DNA from: Eledone cirrhosa
Taxonomy: Eukaryota
NCBI GenBank assembly: GCA_964016885.1
Contig: OZ024760.1
Span: 25,048,001 to 25,112,000, forward strand
DNA: 64,000 nt
Reading direction: 5' to 3'
A model generated the notes under the pieces. It was not told where the DNA came from. It was given only the letters and a program-made list of their open reading frames with translations, and ran no database searches. The first letter of the stretch is position 1; each line of letters opens with the position of its first letter. Made by a program: the position numbers and the translations under genes. Below, in pieces: positions 55,901 to 64,000 of this stretch.

Positions 55901-56680
55901 ATACCACCACTACCACCACTACTACAACTACAACTACTACCACAACCAACACTACCAGTACTACCATCACCATCGCATATAATGCCACCACTACCACCAC
56001 TACTACCACTACTACTACTACCACAACCAACACTGCCAGCACTACCATCACCGTCGCATATAATACCACGACTACCACCACTGCCACTACCACCACTACT
56101 ACCACTACCACCACTACCACTACCACCACTACCACCACTACCACCATTACCACCACTAACACCTCTAACACTACTACCACTACTAGTACTACTACCAGCA
56201 CTACCACCACTACCACCATTAGCACCACTATCACCATTAAAACTGCTACCACTAATACCACTACTGCCACCACTACCACTATTACCGCTACTACCACTAC
56301 TAGCACTACCATCACCATCGCTTATAATAGCACCACTATCACTACTACCACTACCACCACTACCACCACTACACACAGTCACACTACTATCACCACCACT
56401 GCCATCATCACCATCACCATCATATATAACACCACCACTACCACCATCACCACCATTACCTTCACTACCACCACTACCACCATTACCACCACTACCACTA
56501 CTAACACTACCACCACTACCACTTCCACCACTACCACCACTACACACAGTCACACTACTATCACCATCACTGCCATCATCACCATCAACATCACATATAA
56601 CACCGGCACTACCACCATTACCACCACTACCACCACTACCACCACTACCACCACTACCAATAGCCACACTACTATCACCA
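52925..56680. repeat. ~70-120 bp triplet-based minisatellite, about 40 units
   Basis: The anchor ACCATCACC(G/A)TCGCATATAAT is separated by (ACC/ACT/ACA)n of variable length. It is open in four reading frames. Confidence 0.95.
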
Positions 56681-56704
56681 TCACCAATAATATAAACACC
56701 TCCT

Positions 56705-57875
56705 ACATAATATCCAACACCAACCCCCTCTCTCCAATACTAGGGCCATACCCAACACTTCCATCACCTCCACTACCACCACCACCACAACCACCACCAC
56801 CTTTACACCACTATATCCAACACCAACCCCTTCTCTCCAATAGTACCGCCATATCCAACACTTCCATCACCTCCACTTCCACCACCACCTTTACACCACT
56901 ATATCCAACACCAACCCCCTCTCTCCAATAGTACCGCCATACCCAACACTTCCAACAACTCCACTTCCACCACCACCACCACAACCACCACCACCTTTAC
57001 ACCACTATATCCAACACCAGCCCCCTCTCTCCAATACTAGGGCAATATCCAACACTTCCATCACCTCCACTACCATCACCACCACCACAACCACCACCAC
57101 CTTTACACCACTATATCCAACACCAACCCCCTCTCTCCAATAGTACCGCCATATCCAACACTTCCATCACCTCCACTTCCACCACCACTTTACACCACTA
57201 TATCCAACACCAACCCCCTCTCTCCAATACTAGCGCCATACCCAACACTTCCATCACCTCCACTACCATCACCAGCACCACAACCACCACCACCTTTACA
57301 CCACTATATCCAACACCAACCCCCTCTCTCCAATAGTACCGCCATATCCAACACTTCCATCACCTCCACTTCCACCACCACTTTACACCACTATATCCAA
57401 CACCAACCCCCTCTCTCCAATACTAGCGCCATACCCAACACTTCCATCACCTCCACTACCATCACCAGCACCACAACCACCACCACCTTTACACCACTAT
57501 ATCCAACACCAACCCCCTCTCTCCAATAGTACCGCCATATCCAACACTTCCATCACCTCCACTTCCACCACCACTTTACACCACTATATCCAACACCAAC
57601 CCCCTCTCTCCAATAGTACCGCCATATCCAACACTTCCATCACCTCCACTTCCACCACCACTTTACACCACTATATCCAACACCAACCCCCTCTCTCCAA
57701 TAGTACCGCCATATCCAACACTTCCATCACCTCCACTTCCACCACCACCTTACACCACTATATCCAACACCAACCCCTTCTCTCCAATACTAGCGCCATA
57801 CCCAACACTTCCATCACCTCCACTACCACCACCACCACAACCACCACCACCTTTACACCATTATATCCAACACCG
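56705..57875. repeat. Minisatellite with alternating long (~105 bp) and short (~85 bp) units
   Basis: TTTACACCACTATATCCAACACCAACCCCCTCTCTCCAATA followed by either CTAGCGCCATACCC or GTACCGCCATATCC variants. Confidence 0.9.
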
Positions 57876-58061
57876 CCAACACCAATGCTAAAATCAACAG
57901 CTGCAAATCTAGGAGTAAACAGGCTTGTGTCGTTAAGGCGTTAGCTTCTTAACGATGCGGTTCTGACTTCTGTGTGGAGGAACGCTCGGTCTTCTACATC
58001 TTTAGGTTCACCAATGCCTTACGAATAGGATTTGGTAGACGGTGACTGCTTAACTCTGTTA

Positions 58062-58144
<83 letters not shown>

Positions 58145-58269
58145 ATATATATATATAAGTTGAAAAAAATGAAAACGAAATTTCATTTCTCACTCTTAGT
58201 ATGGCACTTACTTAAATGTAAGTATGTATACGTACATACATATATGTATACAGACGTACAGTAGCATGC

Positions 58270-58326
<57 letters not shown>

Positions 58327-58476
58327 CATATAAATATATACATACAGGTACACATACATACATGCACGCATCAGTTTAGCGGACGTTGTATATATATATA
58401 TATATATATGTATATGTATATATATGCATGCTACTGTACGTCTGTATACATATATGTATGTACGTATACATACATA

Positions 58477-58545
<69 letters not shown>

Positions 58546-58547
<2 letters not shown>

Positions 58548-58836
58548 AAGGCGGGTAAAATTCCCGAGATCCATGGACGAGTTCTCTCCAGCGGTCTCTG
58601 TCCCTCATTGTCGCTGCCATGTCCTGCGTCTCCCACAGACCAGTGCCTGTCCTTAGGGCATCAACATACGTTAACCTTGGTCTTCCTCTTCTAGTGTGTC
58701 CCAAAGGAGCACTGAGTGCAATGTCAATCTGGATGTCGGTGAGCATGTCCAGCTAACCTCAGTCTCCTCTGTGTCACTTTTGAGCTGACTTTTGAGATGC
58801 TCCCATACAGCTCTGAGTTTTTCATCCTCAGTGTAT
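58546..58836 (-). mobile_element. RTE 3' fragment, ~290 bp, in (TA)n
   Basis: Matches 13238-13540 and encodes [13 protein letters not shown]...DRDRWR. Confidence 0.9.
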
Positions 58837-58845
58837 ATATGTATA

Positions 58846-58916
<71 letters not shown>

Positions 58917-59122
58917 ATATATATATATTTTTTTTTTTATTTATTATTATATATATATATTGGTGTAATACTTGGTGTACTACTTGCTAATATATATATA
59001 TATGTATATATATATATTTTTTTTTTTTATTTATTTATGTATATATATATATATAGATATATAGATATATATATTGGTGTACTACTTGGTGTAATACTTG
59101 TTAATATATATATATTTATATA

Positions 59123-59827
59123 TATTATGCATATACGCTAGCTTGGCCGTGTTCTAAAGCTTCTTCAATGCTGTACTAGAATTTATATTTACTCCTAGAA
59201 TTAACGATTAACTGATTCATTTAATTAGATGATTCTATTGATTGATTAATTGTTTAAGTTTGTTTGACAACCTCTGGTTGAGTGCTTTATTCGGTTTGTC
59301 TAAAGGGATTCATTCCTTTATCTCAAATTAGAATTCACCGCCTAAGCGGAGGTTACCTCCCTTGGAGTAAACCACGTGTCTGTGGCGACATTTAAAGCTA
59401 CAACATACCCGCTCAGGCTAAGAACGAAAGACTTGCTGAAGAAGTAAATCCTATGTTCTGTCGTCAAAAACCATTATATTGCAGACTCCTGCAATAGGAA
59501 TTTGTCGGTCTTGGATTTGCAGGACTTAGCGCTGATGTTGGATGTGATATTGTGATCTATATTGTGGATATACGATGTAAGTTATATATTTTACACTCAG
59601 CCTCACCGCTTTGTCCAGGTCAGTCTAAAATCTTTTCCTGGGTCCTGTATTTTCGTTGCTCTGGTAATGCGGCTGGACTGCCGACCGCTATATCTGAATT
59701 GCTAGGCTGTCTGAACGTAATGTTATTACACTGGGATCTTTCCTCATCTGAGTGCTCAAGCTACAGACCGATTATGCATATACGCTAGCTTGGCCGTATA
59801 CTAAAGCTTCGTCAATGCTGTACTAGA

Positions 59828-59836
<9 letters not shown>
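59123..59836. repeat. ~65-bp direct repeats flanking a ~580-bp non-coding interior
   Basis: ATTATGCATATACGCTAGCTTGGCCGT...CTAAAGCTTC.TCAATGCTGTACTAGAATTTATAT occurs at ~59124 and 59771. Confidence 0.8.
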
Positions 59837-59881
<45 letters not shown>

Positions 59882-60049
59882 GTGGTTTTTCAACCCTTGT
59901 AATTTTAGACACACGGTTTACTGTGTTTCTTACTATATATTATTAATCGGCTCAGTATTTATACTTTGAGCTTAATAGTTACAGGGTTCCAATTGATTTT
60001 TAACTCTAATTTTCATATATATATATATTTATATATATATATATACATA

Positions 60050-60102
<53 letters not shown>

Positions 60103-60346
60103 CAAGTATTACACCAAGAAAATCTAACGTCGGCATGAGGAGATTATGAATGTATTTGCTTTAACATATGTTTCCGTGTCAATTGTAATTGTCTACATAT
60201 GCTGACTACAATATATATTGTTCAATTATATGCAATACTTAATTATTTATTACACGTCATCAAAAAGCTTATAGTAGAGGATTTCCACTGTTCACTACAA
60301 GGTAAAATTCAGTAATAATTGTTTAAACATTCATTCACGCACACAC

Positions 60347-60397
<51 letters not shown>

Positions 60398-60408
60398 CAT
60401 ATATACAA

Positions 60409-61475
<1,067 letters not shown>

Positions 61476-61484
61476 CCTCCCCCA

Positions 61485-61544
61485 ACAGCAGGACCAAGAA
61501 CCAACACAGCCACCACTAACACTACCACTACCACCACCACAACC

Positions 61545-61576
<32 letters not shown>

Positions 61577-61925
61577 CCACGACGACGACGGCGACGACGA
61601 CAACAACGACGACAACAACAACAGCAACAACGACAACAACAACAACAACACAACAACAGCAGAACCAAGACCCAACACAACCACAACTAACACCACCACC
61701 ACCACCACCACCACCAACAACAACAGCAGCAGCAGGACCAAAACCCAACACAACCACAACTAACACCACCACCACCACCACCGCCACCACCAACAACAAC
61801 AACAACAACAGCAGCAGGACCAAGACCCAACACAACCACAACTAACACCACCACCACCACCAACAACAACAACAGCAGCAGGACCAAAACCCAACACAAC
61901 CACAACTAACACCACCACCACCACC

Positions 61926-61957
<32 letters not shown>

Positions 61958-62004
61958 CAACAGCAGCAGGACCAAGACCCAACACAACCACAACTAACAC
62001 CACC

Positions 62005-62035
<31 letters not shown>

Positions 62036-63778
62036 GCAGCAGCAGCAGGACCAAGACCCAACACAACCACAACTAACACCACCACCACCACCACCACCAA
62101 TAACAACAACAACAGCAGCAGCAGCAGGACCAAAACCCAACACAATAAGAATCCAGTGAAATGTGTTTACAAAAGAAAAAAATAAATATGTTAATCTAAT
62201 ATTGAATGGCGGAACAGCTATTGAAATATTTCACACCATCGCATGTAACATTCCCACCACCACCATACCACTACCACCACCACCATACCACTACCACTAC
62301 CACCACCACCATACCAATACCACTACCAATATCACCACGTCACCCCTACTCCCTCACACCACCAACAGCGCTAACCTGCACCACCACCACCACCAGCACC
62401 AGCACCACTACCACTAACAATATCACCACCACCACCACCACTACTGCCACTAACAATATGACCACCACCACCACCATACCACTACCATTACCAATATCAC
62501 CATCGTCACCCCTACCCCACTCACACCACCAACAGCGCTAATCTGCACCACCACTACCACCACCACCACCACCACCACCACCACTTACACCAGCACCACC
62601 ACCACCACCACCACTACCATTAACAATATCACTACCACTACCAATATCACCATCGTCACCTCTATCCCCTCACACCACCAACAGCGCTAACCTGCACCAC
62701 CACCACCACCACCTCCACCACTAACAATATCACCACCACCACCACCATACCAATACCACTACCAATATCACCATCGTCACCTCTACCCCCTCCCACCACC
62801 AACAGCGCTAACCTGCACCACCACCACCACTGCCACCACCACTACTACAACTACCAATATGACCACCATCACCACATCTACCACTACTACCACCACCACC
62901 ACCATCACCACATCTCCCACCACCACCACCACTACTACTACTACTACCAATATGACCACCATCACCACATCTACCACTACCACCACCACCATCACCACAC
63001 CTACCACTAATACCACCACCACCACCACCACTACAACTACTACCAATATCACCACCATCACGACCCATCACCACACCTCCCATCACTACCACCACCACCA
63101 ACACTACTACTACTACCAATATGACCACCATCATCACACTACCACCACCACTGCCACCACCACCACCACTACTACAACTACCAATATGACCACCATCACC
63201 ACACCTCCTATCACTACCACCACCACCACATCTACCACTACTACCACCACCACCATCACCACATCTACCACTACCACCGCCACCACCACTACAACTACTA
63301 CCAATATCACCACCATCACGACCCATCACCACACCTCCTACCACTACCACCACCACCACCACTACTACTACTACTACTACCAATATGACCACCATCACCA
63401 CATCTACTACTATCACCACCACCACCATCACCACAGCTACCACCACTACCACCACCACCACTACTACTACTATCAATATTACCACCATCACCACATCTAC
63501 CGCCACCACCACCATCACCACAGCTACCACTACCACCACCACCACCACCACTACTACTACTACCAATATCACCACCATCACCACATCTACTACTACTAAT
63601 ATCACCTTCATCACTACCGACACCACCACTACCAGTTCTACCACTACTACCTCCTCCTCCAACAACAACAACAACATCCAACGAAGACTACCAACACCAC
63701 CACCAACAACAACAACAACAAAACCATCATGTAAAAATACCACCAACACCACCACGACCACCGCCACCACCAATAATA
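61485..63778. repeat. Successive triplet-based minisatellites
   Basis: Anchors CAGCAGGACCAAGACCCAACACAACCACAACTAAC (to 62145), CAACAGCGCTAACCTGCAC (to 62820) and ACCAATATGACCACCATCACCACA (to 63600). Confidence 0.9.
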
Positions 63779-64000
63779 ATTGTTTCTTCTTTTGGCACAA
63801 GGCCAGCAATACACCAGTGTATTACTGGTACTTTATTTTATCGACCCCGTAAGGATGAAAGGCAAAGGGCCATAACACTATGCGTCAAATAAATTCTAAT
63901 ATAGGCACAAGGCCAGTAATTTGGAGAAAGGGGAACGTCGATTAAATCGATCCCAGCATGTTACTGGTACTTTATTTCATCGACGCCGTAAGGGTGAAAG
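63779..64000 (-). mobile_element. Two partial SINE copies, the second running off the window
   Basis: GGCACAAGGCCAG...TACTGGTACTTTATTT..ATCGAC..CGTAAGG occurs twice. Confidence 0.85.

Noticed and set aside
52858-56931. 1357-aa Thr-rich mucin-like ORF and three overlapping ORFs of 1200 aa or more
   Set aside because: A triplet minisatellite that is open in four frames on both strands. There is no signal peptide or domain, and its start lies in a repeated non-coding module.

Overview
Repeat-dense animal DNA, most likely a coleoid cephalopod (Octopus-like), inferred from the SINE families and the very high (TA)n/(CA)n/(ACC)n content. I found no host protein-coding exon, and most long ORFs in the track are microsatellite or minisatellite artefacts. 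Real coding remnants are all retroelements: one near-intact full-length L1/Tx1-clade LINE (minus, ~18.67-24.69 kb) sitting in an (AAT)n tract, three copies of an R4/Dong-type RLE LINE plus a fragment of a second family, three RTE 3' fragments, and Penelope-like (GIY-YIG) pieces. There are also about 20 tRNA-derived SINE copies, a non-autonomous Helitron-like element carrying a 93-bp satellite, and fold-back cassettes. The most notable hidden layer is non-coding. At least eight type I hammerhead ribozyme motifs with intact cores, plus about nine decayed ones, from several unrelated families lie in short cassettes embedded in (TA)n arrays, some tied directly to Penelope 3' ends. Two further leads: a 53-nt GT-AG candidate intron that would fuse Tx1 ORF1 to its AUG-less ORF2 in frame, and a shared 3' terminus between the dominant SINE and the Tx1 LINE. 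All structures were read by eye and none was checked computationally.
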